Shown: piece after piece, positions 19,675 through 28,987 of the stretch | Layout of the letters: every line of letters starts with the position of its first letter | How positions within the stretch are numbered: position 1 is the first letter of the stretch | Source of the DNA: an uncultured Microthrixaceae bacterium | GTDB lineage: Bacteria; Actinomycetota; Acidimicrobiia; Acidimicrobiales; DATDAH01 | DNA length: 64,000 bases | Direction: 5' to 3' | Assembly (NCBI GenBank): GCA_963823495.1 | Contig: CAWGLV010000001.1 | Coordinates: forward strand, 3,736,176 to 3,800,175 | Program-made: the position numbers and the translations under genes | Notes under the pieces: model-generated | The model's database searches: none | What the model was told of the DNA's origin: nothing | The model's input: only the letters and a program-made list of their open reading frames with translations

Positions 19675-21210
19675 TCAGGACGAGGGTCGGCGGCGGGGTT
19701 GGCGTTGGGTCGGGCGGCGGCGCCGGCGACCGACCCCGGGCGGCGGACGGGTGGCCGAGGTTCCCTCGGCGCGACGCCCCGAGGCGCGAGGGCGTCGTTC
19801 CGGGCCCGGTGCCAGCGGATCGGCCCCCTCGGGCGGCGACGCGGGACGGTCGTCGGTGATCAGGGGCTCAGGCGGGGGCAGGAAGCCGGCCACGGTCTCG
19901 TCCACGACCGTGGCGTCGGGCGGGGGCGACACCTCGGTCCGGTCCCGCTCCTCACGCGACGGGCGACGCGGGCGCCGGCCCCGGCGGGGCGGACGGCCCG
20001 CAGCCGCATCCCGCCGACCGATCCAGTAGGTGACACCGGCGAACCCGGCCGTCACCGCGATCATCAGGAAGCCGAAGCGGGCCGGGATGGGGATGACCAC
20101 CGGGATGAACGCCCCGACCACCCAGAAGATCTGGAAGCGGGTCTCGAACTTGGCGAAGGAACGGCCCCGGTCGGCATCGGGGGCGTCCCGCTGGACGATG
20201 GAGTCGAACGCCAACTTCCCCGTGTTGGCACAGAAGCCGATCGTGAAGGTGACCAGCACGGCCGAGACGAGGCCACCCGACCAGGCGCCGAGGGTCGCCA
20301 CCACGGCCGCGATGAGCATGGAGCCGACGAGGATGTCCTCCTCCTGGGTCGTCCGCCGCACCCGGGGCGCGAGGATCGAGCCGACGAACGAGCCGGCCAC
20401 GCTCGCGCCGACGGCAACCCCGAGGTGCCAGGTCGGCTGCTCCCGCAGGGCGAAGGCGAGGAGGAAGACCAGGAAGCCGACGATGCCCCGCATCAGCCCC
20501 ATGGCGGACGCGGCCAGGAAGATCCCCCGGCTGCGCAGTTCGGTCTCCTCGGCCTCGCCGACCGGCTCGGCCGCAACCGCCGCCCTCGGCAGCGAGAACG
20601 CCAGGACCGTGCTCAGGCCGAAGACGGCGATGGCAAAGCCGACGATCCACTCCGGGCCGCCGATCCATCCCACGGCCAGGCCCGGTATGCCGGCGGCCAC
20701 GCCGGCGAGGCCGGTGATGATCGACAACTTGGAGTTGGCCTCGATGAGCTCCTGGTCGGTGGAGACCGTGGTCGGGACGATCGCGCTCTTCGCGATGCCG
20801 TAGGCCTTCCCGGACACCAGCATCAAGAGGGCGGCCGGGAACAGGAGCAGGTCGTCGAGGTTCCCGATCATGACCAGGCCGATCAGGACCCGGGAGGCGG
20901 AGATCAGGATGACCATGAGGCGGCGGCCGTTCGCGGCCCGGTCGATCGCCGGGCCGATGAACGGAGCGATCACCGCGAAGGGCGCCATCGTCAGGACCAG
21001 GTAGAGGGCGACCTTCTCCCGGGCGGCATCGGGGTCGATGGAGAAGAAGAGGGAGTTGGCCAGCGCCAAGGCGACGAGTGCGTCACCGGCGATCTGGGTC
21101 GCCTGCACGCGGGCCAGCCGCGTGAAGGGCGACGCGACGAAGTGGTCAGCGGAGCGCTGCGGCGGGCCCCCCGGGCCGGCGAAGACGTTCCACCCCGACC
21201 CCGGCGTCAC
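19675..21210 (-). CDS. MFS-type transporter with Arg/Pro-rich C-terminal tail
   Basis: About 12 hydrophobic helices across residues 30-400, followed by a disordered tail of about 110 aa (RRGRRPRRPSREERD...). Confidence 0.7.
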   Translation of the reverse strand: MTPGSGWNVFAGPGGPPQRSADHFVASPFTRLARVQATQIAGDALVALALANSLFFSIDPDAAREKVALYLVLTMAPFAVIAPFIGPAIDRAANGRRLMVILISASRVLIGLVMIGNLDDLLLFPAALLMLVSGKAYGIAKSAIVPTTVSTDQELIEANSKLSIITGLAGVAAGIPGLAVGWIGGPEWIVGFAIAVFGLSTVLAFSLPRAAVAAEPVGEAEETELRSRGIFLAASAMGLMRGIVGFLVFLLAFALREQPTWHLGVAVGASVAGSFVGSILAPRVRRTTQEEDILVGSMLIAAVVATLGAWSGGLVSAVLVTFTIGFCANTGKLAFDSIVQRDAPDADRGRSFAKFETRFQIFWVVGAFIPVVIPIPARFGFLMIAVTAGFAGVTYWIGRRDAAAGRPPRRGRRPRRPSREERDRTEVSPPPDATVVDETVAGFLPPPEPLITDDRPASPPEGADPLAPGPERRPRASGRRAEGTSATRPPPGVGRRRRRPTQRQPRRRPSS

Positions 21211-21305
21211 CGGGCTGACGGTACGACGACGATCGACGGCAACGTCATGGGTGCTGTCGGCTCTTCGGCTGACGCCTCATCGTGGCTCCGCCGTCGGGAT
21301 GGGGA

Positions 21306-22046
21306 CTAGGTCGCCGAGACTACCCGGGGATCGGCCCCGTCGGGGACGACGATCTTGTAGCCCACGCCGCGCACGGTGAGGATGCGTTCGGGCGCCGACG
21401 GGTCGGCCTCGATCCGGCTGCGGAGCCGCTTGATGTGCACGTCGAGGGTCTTGGTGTCCCCCACGTAGTCGTGGCCCCACACCTCGTCGATCAGCCGGTC
21501 GCGTGTGACCACCCGCCCCGCCCGCTCGAGCAGGAGCTGCAGCACCTCGTACTCCTTGAGGGGCAGGTCGAGGGCCTCTCCCCGTAGCGAGACCTCGTGC
21601 CGGTCGGGGTCCAGGACGAGATCGCCGGACGCCAGGACCTCCTCGCCGGTACCCGGTACCCGGTCGGGCAGGCGCTCGGCCGTGCGCCGCAGGACCGCCC
21701 GCATGCGGGCCACCAGCTCCCGCAGCCGGTAGGGCTTGGTCACGTAGTCGTCGGCCCCGACCTCGAGGCCGACCACGGTGTCCACCTCGGAGCCCTTGGC
21801 CGTCACCATGATGATGGGGACCTTGGAGCGGGACCGCAGCTCCCGGCAGACGTCCACCCCCGAGATCTTCGGCAGCATCAGGTCCAGGAGGACCAGGTCG
21901 GGACGCAGCGCGTCGAAGACGAGCAGGGCCTCGGCCCCGTCCCGGGCCACCTGCACCCGGAAGCCCTCCTTCTTGAGCCCGATGGTGAGGGCCTCGATGA
22001 AGTTCTCCTCGTCCTCGACGACCAGGACGGTGGGTTGGTCAGCCAC
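21306..22046 (-). CDS. regX3: OmpR-family response regulator, RegX3/PhoP-like
   Basis: VLVVEDEE...DLVLLDLMLPKISG...MVTAKGSEVDTVVGLEVGADDYVTKPYRLRELVARMRAVLRR closely parallels mycobacterial RegX3. GTG at 22046 overlaps the kinase stop by 8 nt (GTGGCTGA); alternative start at 22064. Confidence 0.85.
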   Translation of the reverse strand: MADQPTVLVVEDEENFIEALTIGLKKEGFRVQVARDGAEALLVFDALRPDLVLLDLMLPKISGVDVCRELRSRSKVPIIMVTAKGSEVDTVVGLEVGADDYVTKPYRLRELVARMRAVLRRTAERLPDRVPGTGEEVLASGDLVLDPDRHEVSLRGEALDLPLKEYEVLQLLLERAGRVVTRDRLIDEVWGHDYVGDTKTLDVHIKRLRSRIEADPSAPERILTVRGVGYKIVVPDGADPRVVSAT

Positions 22047-23208
22047 GGCGGACCTCCTTGTCACCAGTGGATACCGACACGAGAGGAAGGCGGAGCGTGA
22101 AGGTGGAGCCCTCCCCCTCCCGGGAGCTCACCAGGACCTCGCCGCCGTGGGCGCGGGCGACGTTGCGGACGATGGCCAGGCCGAGGCCGGTGCCGCCCGT
22201 GTCCCGGCTCCGGGCCTTGTCCACCCGGTAGAACCGTTCGAACACCCGCTCCTGTTCGGCGTGGGAGATCCCGATGCCGCGATCCTGCACCACGACCTCG
22301 GCCCAGCCGTCGCCCGGATGGACACCCACCACGACCGACGAGTCGGCGTCGGAGTACTTGATCGCGTTGTCGACCAGGTTGGTCACCGCCGAACCCAGCT
22401 GACGAGCATCGGCCAGGCAGGCCTGCCCCCGCGTCAGGTCCAGGTCGATGCGGACGCCCGTCTGCTCGGCCACGGGGGCCAGGCTGCGCACGGACTCCTC
22501 CACCAAGTCGCCCAGGTCGACCGGCTCGCGTGCGTGGTCCCGGCCCTCGACCTCGCTCAACTCGAGCAGGTCGTCGATGATGCGCCCGAGCCGGTGGGCC
22601 TCTTCGACCAGGAGGTCGATGCGGCGGGCCGCGTCCGCCGGATCGTCGATGGCGGCGAGGGTCTCGGCCAGGAGGGCGATGGCGCCGATCGGTGTCTTGA
22701 GCTCGTGGCTCACGTTGGCCACGAACTCCTGGCGGATCGCCTCGAGCCGCCGCAGCCGAGACTCGTCCCGGACCAGCACCACCGCGCCCAGCCGGCGCCC
22801 ACCGGGGCCCAACGGTGAGGCGGCGACCATGACGTGACGGGTCGGCGGGCCGAACAGGTCGACACCGTTCTCCACCGTGCGCCCCTCCAGGCCCTCGGCC
22901 AACACCGTGTCCACCGCCGCGGCCACCAGCGCCTCCTCGTGGCGGGCATCGGTGAGCAGGCCGGCCGAGGCGTTCGTGAAGAGGCGGCGACCCTCCATGT
23001 CGGCGATGATGATGCCCTCGCCGACCAGGTCGAGGGCGCCTTCGAGCCGGTGCGCCCGCTCGACCACCTCGGCCAGCTCGGCCTCTGCGGCATTGGCCCG
23101 CCGTCGGACGTGGACGGCACTCCGCGCGGACCGCCGCCACCATCGCACCGCTATCGCGCCGGTGACGCCGATTCCCAGGGCAAGTCCCAGGAGGAGACCG
23201 GCGAACAC
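22039..23208 (-). CDS. senX3: sensor histidine kinase, SenX3/PhoR-like (TM + PAS + HisKA + HATPase)
   Basis: N-terminal TM FAGLLLGLALGIGVTGAIAV, H-box FVANVSHELKTPI, N-box NLVDNAIKYS, G-boxes DRGIGI and GGTGLGLAIV. Upstream of 23208 the track ORF runs antisense through surE (shadow). Confidence 0.8.
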   Translation of the reverse strand: MFAGLLLGLALGIGVTGAIAVRWWRRSARSAVHVRRRANAAEAELAEVVERAHRLEGALDLVGEGIIIADMEGRRLFTNASAGLLTDARHEEALVAAAVDTVLAEGLEGRTVENGVDLFGPPTRHVMVAASPLGPGGRRLGAVVLVRDESRLRRLEAIRQEFVANVSHELKTPIGAIALLAETLAAIDDPADAARRIDLLVEEAHRLGRIIDDLLELSEVEGRDHAREPVDLGDLVEESVRSLAPVAEQTGVRIDLDLTRGQACLADARQLGSAVTNLVDNAIKYSDADSSVVVGVHPGDGWAEVVVQDRGIGISHAEQERVFERFYRVDKARSRDTGGTGLGLAIVRNVARAHGGEVLVSSREGEGSTFTLRLPLVSVSTGDKEVRRG

Positions 23209-23210
23209 GG

Positions 23211-23981
23211 TCAGGCGCTCCGACGCTCGGACGGTCCGACATCGCCGACGGTGACCAGCGGCTCGGCCACCCGGATCCCGACGAGGCTGGAGACTGCGGC
23301 GTACCCGGCGAACACCAGCGCCGTGTCGGACTCGGCGGGCAGCTCCTCGTCGAACTCGCGGAACTCCATCTGGAGGCGACCGTCCTCGGTGTCGGCGATG
23401 GCCGCCCGCACCGACCCGAACGGGGCCAAGGTGGCCCAGCGGATGCCCTTGACGGCATTCGACGCCGTGTTGGGGACGTTCAGGTTGAGCACCGTCCGTG
23501 CGGGCGCGTCGTCCAGCCAGGCAATGGCCTCGACCGCCAGGGCGGCGGCGGTGGACCACACCATGGGGTCGCCGTGGTCCTGGCTCACCGCCAGGCCGGA
23601 GAGCCCCAGGTTCGCCGCGGTGAGGGCGGCCCCCACGGTGCCCGAGTGCAGGGTGGCTCGCCCAGTGTTGAGCCCCGGGTTGATGCCGGAGACCACGAGG
23701 TCCGGCTTCGCCCCGAAAGCACCGAGGTTGGCGGCGAAGACGGCGAGGGCCGGTGTGCCCCGGACGGCGACGGCCCGCACGCCGGGCGCGTCCTCCAGGT
23801 CGACGTCCTGGACGTCGATGTGCTCGTCCAGGTGCCACTGGCCGATGCCGGCGCCACAGCCGCTCTGGTCCCGGTCGGGGGCGGCCACGACCACCTCGTG
23901 GCCGGACGCGGCGACGGCCCCGGCCAGGACCCCGATGCCGCGGCTCAGGTACCCGTCGTCGTTGGTGATGAGGATGCGCAT
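23211..23981 (-). CDS. surE: 5-prime/3-prime-nucleotidase SurE
   Basis: MRILITNDDGYLSRGI N-terminus and the GINPGLNTG motif. Confidence 0.9.
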   Translation of the reverse strand: MRILITNDDGYLSRGIGVLAGAVAASGHEVVVAAPDRDQSGCGAGIGQWHLDEHIDVQDVDLEDAPGVRAVAVRGTPALAVFAANLGAFGAKPDLVVSGINPGLNTGRATLHSGTVGAALTAANLGLSGLAVSQDHGDPMVWSTAAALAVEAIAWLDDAPARTVLNLNVPNTASNAVKGIRWATLAPFGSVRAAIADTEDGRLQMEFREFDEELPAESDTALVFAGYAAVSSLVGIRVAEPLVTVGDVGPSERRSA

Positions 23982-23991
23982 GTGCGCCGGC

Positions 23992-24735
23992 CTACTGCTC
24001 CTCGGCCCGTCGGACGACCTCGGTCTCGACCGGGCCCGGGCGGTGCTCGGCCGGGTCCTCGGCCGCCGCGGCGGCGTCGTGCTCGGGCAACCACCCGGTC
24101 ACCAGGTACCGGACCCGCTCGCCCATGTTCACGGCGTGGTCGCCGATGCGCTCGTAGTAGCGGGCGATGAGGGCGAGCTGGACCGCGGCGTTCAGGTCGA
24201 TCCGCTGGGTCTCGTGGGCCTCGATGACCGCCCCGATGAAGTCCTTCTGGAGGCTGTCCAGGACGTCGTCCATGGTGTCGATGGCCGCGGCCAGAGCGGC
24301 GTCGTCGTCCAGGTAGGCGTCGATGGCCGCCTTGTAGAGCTTCGATGCCTCGTCACTCATCTGTTCGACGAGGCCGCGGATCCGGGGCGTCAGCTCATCG
24401 CCGTAGATGCGGCGCATGGTCTTGGCGATGTTGACCACGAGGTCACCGGATCGCTCGATCTCCGATGCCATCCGCAGCGCGCTGACGATGACGCGGAGGT
24501 CGCTGGCCATCGGCTGCTGGAGGACGAGGAGGGCGTAGCACTGCTCCTCGATCTCGAGGGTGAGGGCATCGAGCTCATCGTCGTGCTCGATGAGGGCCTG
24601 GGAGCCCTCGAGATCCCCGTTCAGGAGCACCTGGGTGCCGCGGGGGATGACATCGGTCACCATGGCGGCCAGCCGGGCGACGTCGGTCTTCACGGCATCG
24701 ACCTGCTGGTGGAAGGCGGGGCGGGTGTCAGACAT
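23992..24735 (-). CDS. phoU: phosphate signalling complex protein PhoU
   Basis: Two PhoU repeats: DDELD...ASEIERSGDLVVNIAK and DDVLD...ARYYERIGDHAVNMGERV. Confidence 0.9.
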   Translation of the reverse strand: MSDTRPAFHQQVDAVKTDVARLAAMVTDVIPRGTQVLLNGDLEGSQALIEHDDELDALTLEIEEQCYALLVLQQPMASDLRVIVSALRMASEIERSGDLVVNIAKTMRRIYGDELTPRIRGLVEQMSDEASKLYKAAIDAYLDDDAALAAAIDTMDDVLDSLQKDFIGAVIEAHETQRIDLNAAVQLALIARYYERIGDHAVNMGERVRYLVTGWLPEHDAAAAAEDPAEHRPGPVETEVVRRAEEQ

Positions 24736-24747
24736 GGGTCGTCTCCT

Positions 24748-25467
24748 TCACCGCACTTCGGCGGCGAGGTGGTCCGGGTCACCAGTGAACAGGTACCGCA
24801 GCCGAGCTCCGAGGATGCGTGCGTGATCGTCGATGCGGGACAGGGCCTGGCCCGCCGCCATGGCCTTGACCGCCACCGTCACCGCGTCCTCTCCCTGCAG
24901 GCGGTGCACCTCGCCGACGAGCCGGTCCGAGAGGAGCCCGACTTCGGGCGAGCCAGCCGAGACCTCCACGGCCAGCTCAACCGACTGGCCCGCGAACGCC
25001 CGCAGCGCCAGGCGGTAGTGGTCCAGGGCCAGGTCGGCCAGGGCGGCCAGCAGGTCGAAGATCTCGCGCGACTGGCTGAGGAGAGCATGGTCCGGCGCCA
25101 GCTTCGCCACTCGCAGCGCGAGGTCGCCGATCCGTTCCAGCTCCGAGGTGATGCGCACCACGGAGACGATGAGGCGCAGGTCCGAGGCCACCGGCTGCTC
25201 ACGGGCCAGCAGGTCATAGCAGCGCTCGGTCAGGGACACCTGCATGGCGTCGATCTCGTCGTCGGCCTCGACGGCCAGGGCGGCCTCGCCCACGTCGCCA
25301 TCATGCAACACCGAGCGCATGCGCTCGAGGTTCTGGTCCACCCGCACGCCCATCACCTCCACCTGGAGGCGGAGCTGTTCGAGCTCGGTCTGGTAGGCAG
25401 TGCGCGCAAGGGTCGGCTCACCCGCTTCGGCCCCGCCGCTCGGCCGGTCGGCCACGCTCGGCTCCAT
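24748..25467 (-). CDS. second PhoU-family protein (tandem paralogue)
   Basis: ATG at 25467. DDEIDAMQ...TSELERIGDLALRVAK and ...ALSRIDDHARILGARL. The rest of track ORF 24748..26151 is out-of-frame shadow over pstB. Confidence 0.8.
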   Translation of the reverse strand: MEPSVADRPSGGAEAGEPTLARTAYQTELEQLRLQVEVMGVRVDQNLERMRSVLHDGDVGEAALAVEADDEIDAMQVSLTERCYDLLAREQPVASDLRLIVSVVRITSELERIGDLALRVAKLAPDHALLSQSREIFDLLAALADLALDHYRLALRAFAGQSVELAVEVSAGSPEVGLLSDRLVGEVHRLQGEDAVTVAVKAMAAGQALSRIDDHARILGARLRYLFTGDPDHLAAEVR

Positions 25468-25472
25468 CGGGC

Positions 25473-26405
25473 TCAACCGAATCGGCCGGTGATGTAGTTC
25501 TCGGTCCGTTCGTCGGCCGGGTTGGAGAAGATGGTCTCGGTGTCGTCGTACTCGACCAGCAGGCCGGTGCGCTGGTCGCCTCCTTGGCCCTGGGCGGCCT
25601 CGCTGACCTCGGTGATGAAGAAGGCGGTCCGATCGCTCACCCGGGCGGCCTGCTGCATGTTGTGGGTGACGATGACGATCGTGTACTGGTCCTTGATCTC
25701 CTGCATCAGGTCCTCGATGCGGGAGGTGGCGATGGGGTCGAGCGCCGAGCAGGGCTCGTCCATGAGGACGACTTCGGGCTCGACGGCGACGGCCCGGGCG
25801 ATGCACAGGCGCTGCTGCTGACCGCCGGAGAGGCCCATCGCACTGGCGTCCAGGCGGTCCTTCACCTCGTCCCACAGCGCGGCCTGGCGCAGTGACTTCT
25901 CCACGATGTCGTCCATGTCGGCCTTCTTCACCCCGCCGATGCGGGGGCCGTAGGCGATGTTGTCGTAGATGGACTTCGGGAACGGGTTCGGCTTCTGGAA
26001 CACCATCCCGATCCGGCGCCGGACCTCGACTGCATCGACCGCGGCGTCGTACAGGTCGACCCCGTGGTGGAGGATCTGGCCCTCCACCCGGGCCGAGGGC
26101 ACCAGGTCGTTCATGCGGTTGAGGCACCGCAGGACCGTGGTCTTGCCACACCCGGACGGGCCGATGAAGGCGGTGATCTCGTGGCGACGGACCACCATGT
26201 TGACGTTGCGCACCGCCCGGAAGTCCCCGTAGAACACCGACAGGTCCCGCAGGTCGAACACGGCATGCTGCTCGGCGACGGGCTCAGCACCGGCTTCGGC
26301 GGACCGGGTTGCGGGTTCCGGCTCCCGGAACAGGGTCTCCCCGTCCTCGTCGATCACATGCTTCTCCGTTCCGGTCAATGCGGTGGTGGTCTGCTCGGAC
26401 GACAT
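25473..26405 (-). CDS. pstB: phosphate ABC transporter ATP-binding protein
   Basis: Walker [10 protein letters not shown], signature [14 protein letters not shown], Walker [13 protein letters not shown]. The N-terminal extension of about 45 aa is acidic and low-complexity. Confidence 0.95.
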   Translation of the reverse strand: MSSEQTTTALTGTEKHVIDEDGETLFREPEPATRSAEAGAEPVAEQHAVFDLRDLSVFYGDFRAVRNVNMVVRRHEITAFIGPSGCGKTTVLRCLNRMNDLVPSARVEGQILHHGVDLYDAAVDAVEVRRRIGMVFQKPNPFPKSIYDNIAYGPRIGGVKKADMDDIVEKSLRQAALWDEVKDRLDASAMGLSGGQQQRLCIARAVAVEPEVVLMDEPCSALDPIATSRIEDLMQEIKDQYTIVIVTHNMQQAARVSDRTAFFITEVSEAAQGQGGDQRTGLLVEYDDTETIFSNPADERTENYITGRFG

Positions 26406-26406
26406 C

Positions 26407-27363
26407 TCAGAGGTCCCTCTTCCGGTCGTAGTGGTTGCGCAGCAGGATGGCGACGGCGTTGAAGGCGAAGATGACCACCAGCATGACCAGGATCGCCGCG
26501 CTGGTGTTGGCCTCCCAGTCCGCGCCCGGCTGGCGGGCCCAGCCGTAGGTCAGGTTGGGCAGGGCGGTGAAGGTGCCATGGAGGCGGTCGATGGTGCTGG
26601 TGCCCTCCGCGGTCCCGAAGAACCCGACCGAGGCCCCGACCAGGATCAGCGGAGCCGCCTCGCCCAGGGCCCGGGCCAGGGCCAGGACGGTCCCGGTCAG
26701 GATCCCGGGAGCGGCGTAGGGCAGGACGTGGCCCCGGACGACCTCCCACCGGGCGGCGCCCACACCGAAGCCGGCCTCCCGGATGCTGTCGGGGACGGCC
26801 CGGAGGGCCTCGGCCGCGGTGATGATGACGATGGGCAGGACCAGGATGGCCAGGGTGAGGCCTCCGGCGATGATCGAGCGGCCGCCCGTGAACCCCTCCA
26901 GGGTCTTGACGAACACCGATAGCCCGAGAAGGCCGTAGACGATCGACGGCACGCCGGCCAGGTTGCGGATGTTGATGCTGATCAGGCTGGTGAACCAGGA
27001 GTCGGCGGCGTACTCCTCGATGTAGACGGCGGCGGCGATCCCCAGCGGGAAGGCGACCAAGGCGACGAAGAGGGCGATGAAGAAAGAGCCATAGATGGCC
27101 TGCCACATCCCCGCCGTAGTCGAGTCACCCGAGTTGCCGTTGGTGAGGAACTGGAGGCCCCGATCGGTGAGCACCTCGAGTCCGTCGCCGAGGACCGACC
27201 AGATGAGCAGGACGAGGACGGCCAGCGAGACCAGCAGCGCGGCCAGCATGGTCCACTTGTAGACCGCGTTCGCGACGTCGACCTTGCCGCCCTTCAGCCG
27301 CTCGGCCACCGCCTCCCGGGTCATGGGCGCCATGTCGGCGGGTTGGGTCAGCACGGACATCAT
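26407..27363 (-). CDS. pstA: phosphate ABC transporter permease
   Basis: Polytopic permease. EAA-like loop [23 protein letters not shown] and its operon position support the call. Confidence 0.9.
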   Translation of the reverse strand: MMSVLTQPADMAPMTREAVAERLKGGKVDVANAVYKWTMLAALLVSLAVLVLLIWSVLGDGLEVLTDRGLQFLTNGNSGDSTTAGMWQAIYGSFFIALFVALVAFPLGIAAAVYIEEYAADSWFTSLISINIRNLAGVPSIVYGLLGLSVFVKTLEGFTGGRSIIAGGLTLAILVLPIVIITAAEALRAVPDSIREAGFGVGAARWEVVRGHVLPYAAPGILTGTVLALARALGEAAPLILVGASVGFFGTAEGTSTIDRLHGTFTALPNLTYGWARQPGADWEANTSAAILVMLVVIFAFNAVAILLRNHYDRKRDL

Positions 27364-27369
27364 CGACTC

Positions 27370-28302
27370 CTAGTACCGCTGGCGGACACGGCGGACGAAG
27401 CGCTCGGACAGGATGTTCAGCAGCAGGGTGATCACGAAGAGGATCAGGCCCACGAAGAACAGGCTCTGGAACGCACCGCTGGCGCCCCGGACCTGGTCGG
27501 TCCCGGTGGCCAGCGAAGCCATCGCCGCGGTCATCGTCTGTCCCGGTAGCAGCGGGTCGGTGGTGAAGAGCGAGCCACCGCTGGCCCCCGCGGCGATGGC
27601 CACGACCATCGTCTCACCGATCGCCCGGGAGACCCCCACGATCAGCGCCGCCATCAGTCCGGAGACCGCCGCGGGGATGACCACCTGCACGGTGGTGGTC
27701 ATCTTGCGGGCGCCGAGGCCTTCGGACGCCTCGCGCAGGGCGTTGGGCACCGAGCGGAGCGCGTCCTCGGAGATGGACGCCACGAGGGGGATGGTGAGGA
27801 TGCCCACGCCGAGCCCGGCCGCGAGCAGGTTGAACTGCGGTGAGTCGGTGAAGATCGTCTGCACCACGTCGGGCGAGAGGACGGTGAGGGCGAAAAAGCC
27901 CAGGACCACACTCGGGATGCCGGCCAGGATCTCCAGGATCGGCTTCAGCAGCCGCCGCACCCGGGGTCGCGCGTACTCGGAGAGGTAGATGGCCGCGCCG
28001 ACGCCGAGGGGCCAGGCGACCAGCATGGCGATCACCGTCACGATCAGGGACCCCACGATGAGGGTGCCGATGTCGTAGAAGCCCCGCCGGGGGAACCAGC
28101 CGATCTCGGTGAGGCTGGCCCAGGTGAAGTCCTCCCCACGGACGAAGGTGAGGGCCTCGCCGACGAGCGAGAGGACGATGAGCACGGTGATGACCACCGA
28201 GAGCGTGGCGGCGGCGAGGAGCGCGGCTCTGACTGCGCCTTCCTTGCGCCTTCGCGTGGCGCTGATCTGCAGGTCTGACGCCACAAGGGCGATCTCAGCC
28301 AT
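27370..28302 (-). CDS. pstC: phosphate ABC transporter permease
   Basis: Polytopic permease. LREASEGLGARKMTTTVQVVIPAA and its operon position support the call. Confidence 0.9.
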   Translation of the reverse strand: MAEIALVASDLQISATRRRKEGAVRAALLAAATLSVVITVLIVLSLVGEALTFVRGEDFTWASLTEIGWFPRRGFYDIGTLIVGSLIVTVIAMLVAWPLGVGAAIYLSEYARPRVRRLLKPILEILAGIPSVVLGFFALTVLSPDVVQTIFTDSPQFNLLAAGLGVGILTIPLVASISEDALRSVPNALREASEGLGARKMTTTVQVVIPAAVSGLMAALIVGVSRAIGETMVVAIAAGASGGSLFTTDPLLPGQTMTAAMASLATGTDQVRGASGAFQSLFFVGLILFVITLLLNILSERFVRRVRQRY

Positions 28303-28376
28303 GGTGAGGACTCCTTGGGACCCGGTTGTCGGGGATGGCGCTGAACTTAGGGAGCGAGCGTGTCATGGGTGGGGCG

Positions 28377-28409
28377 GCTTATCGACCTGCAGGTGAACGG
28401 GAGATGAAC
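28377..28409 (-). promoter_or_regulatory. PHO-box-like direct repeats (copy A): GTTCATCTCCC GTTCACCTGCA GGTCGATAAGC on the minus strand
   Basis: Three consecutive 11-nt units with GTTCAYC/GGTC cores, read on the strand of pstC and lying 75-107 nt upstream of its start. Confidence 0.4.
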
Positions 28410-28442
28410 AACCGGTGACGACGAAACGCCCCGGAACGAGGA

Positions 28443-28472
28443 GCGGGGGCGGGTCCGACGACCCGCCCCCGC
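28443..28472. terminator. GC-rich hairpin (13-bp perfect stem, 4-nt loop), copy A
   Basis: gcgggggcgggtc cgac gacccgcccccgc. On the minus strand there is no U-tract (I-shaped terminator type). Confidence 0.45.
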
Positions 28473-28514
28473 TGCTTTCCTCAGGGCCTGGGGGAGAGTC
28501 AGGCCAGGGAGGTC

Positions 28515-28819
28515 TCAGGCCTGCGTGAGGATGGAGAGACCGTCGAGGCCGATCTGGAGCTCGACGAAGTTGATGCCGGCGTCCTCGCAGGCGGCGATCT
28601 CTTCGTCCTCGATCGGGCGAGAGGCATCGGAGATATCTGTCTCGCCGTTGCAGAACAGCTCGAACCCGTCGCCTGTGCCCGGACCGTCGACCGAGACGCT
28701 CACGCCGGGGTTGTCGCCGCTGAAGGCCTCGGCGACCAGGGAGCTGATGGGCTCCACCGTGGACGACCGGAGATGGCGATGTCGCCCGACACGTCGGACG
28801 CCGGCTCACCCGGCGTGCC
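28515..28819 (-). pseudogene. truncated, frameshifted duplicate of the pstS 3-prime end
   Basis: Track ORF 28515..28757 translates to the last 80 residues of PstS almost exactly (first codon GTG). Homology continues to 28819 but is shifted out of frame by a 1-nt deletion near 28767. There is no N-terminal part and no signal peptide. Confidence 0.85.
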
Positions 28820-28850
28820 GATGAAAATGTAAACGTGTATGGGTGGGGCG

Positions 28851-28883
28851 GCTTATCGACCTGCAGGTGAACGGGAGATGAAC
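28851..28883 (-). promoter_or_regulatory. PHO-box-like direct repeats (copy B)
   Basis: Same 33-nt sequence as 28377..28409, here lying between pstS and the pstS fragment. Confidence 0.35.
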
Positions 28884-28914
28884 AACCGGTGACGACGACG
28901 CCCCGGGACGAGGA

Positions 28915-28944
28915 GCGGGGGCGGGTCCGACGACCCGCCCCCGC
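28915..28944. terminator. GC-rich hairpin downstream of pstS (13-bp stem, 4-nt loop), copy B
   Basis: Identical to 28443..28472 and located 44 nt after the pstS stop codon. Confidence 0.5.
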
Positions 28945-28987
28945 TGCTTTCCTCAGGGCCTGGGGGGAGAGTCAGGCCAGGGAGGTC

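Larger units (their letters stand above)
28359..28819. repeat. tandem duplication copy A (pstS-pstC spacer plus last about 305 nt of pstS)
   Basis: Aligned by eye to 28834..29293. The two are identical apart from one extra c (28364), an aa insertion plus one G-to-A change near 28427-28437, one fewer g in a G-run (about 28490), and one fewer c at about 28767. Confidence 0.9.

Noticed and set aside
28820-28833. The AT-rich filler gatgaaaatgtaaa at the duplication junction, considered as a sequencing adapter/linker or mobile-element end.
   Set aside because: It does not match any adapter or linker sequence I can recall (Illumina, Nextera junction, 454 loxP linker, SMRTbell). There is no inverted repeat or target-site duplication around it. 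It is kept only as part of the duplication finding.
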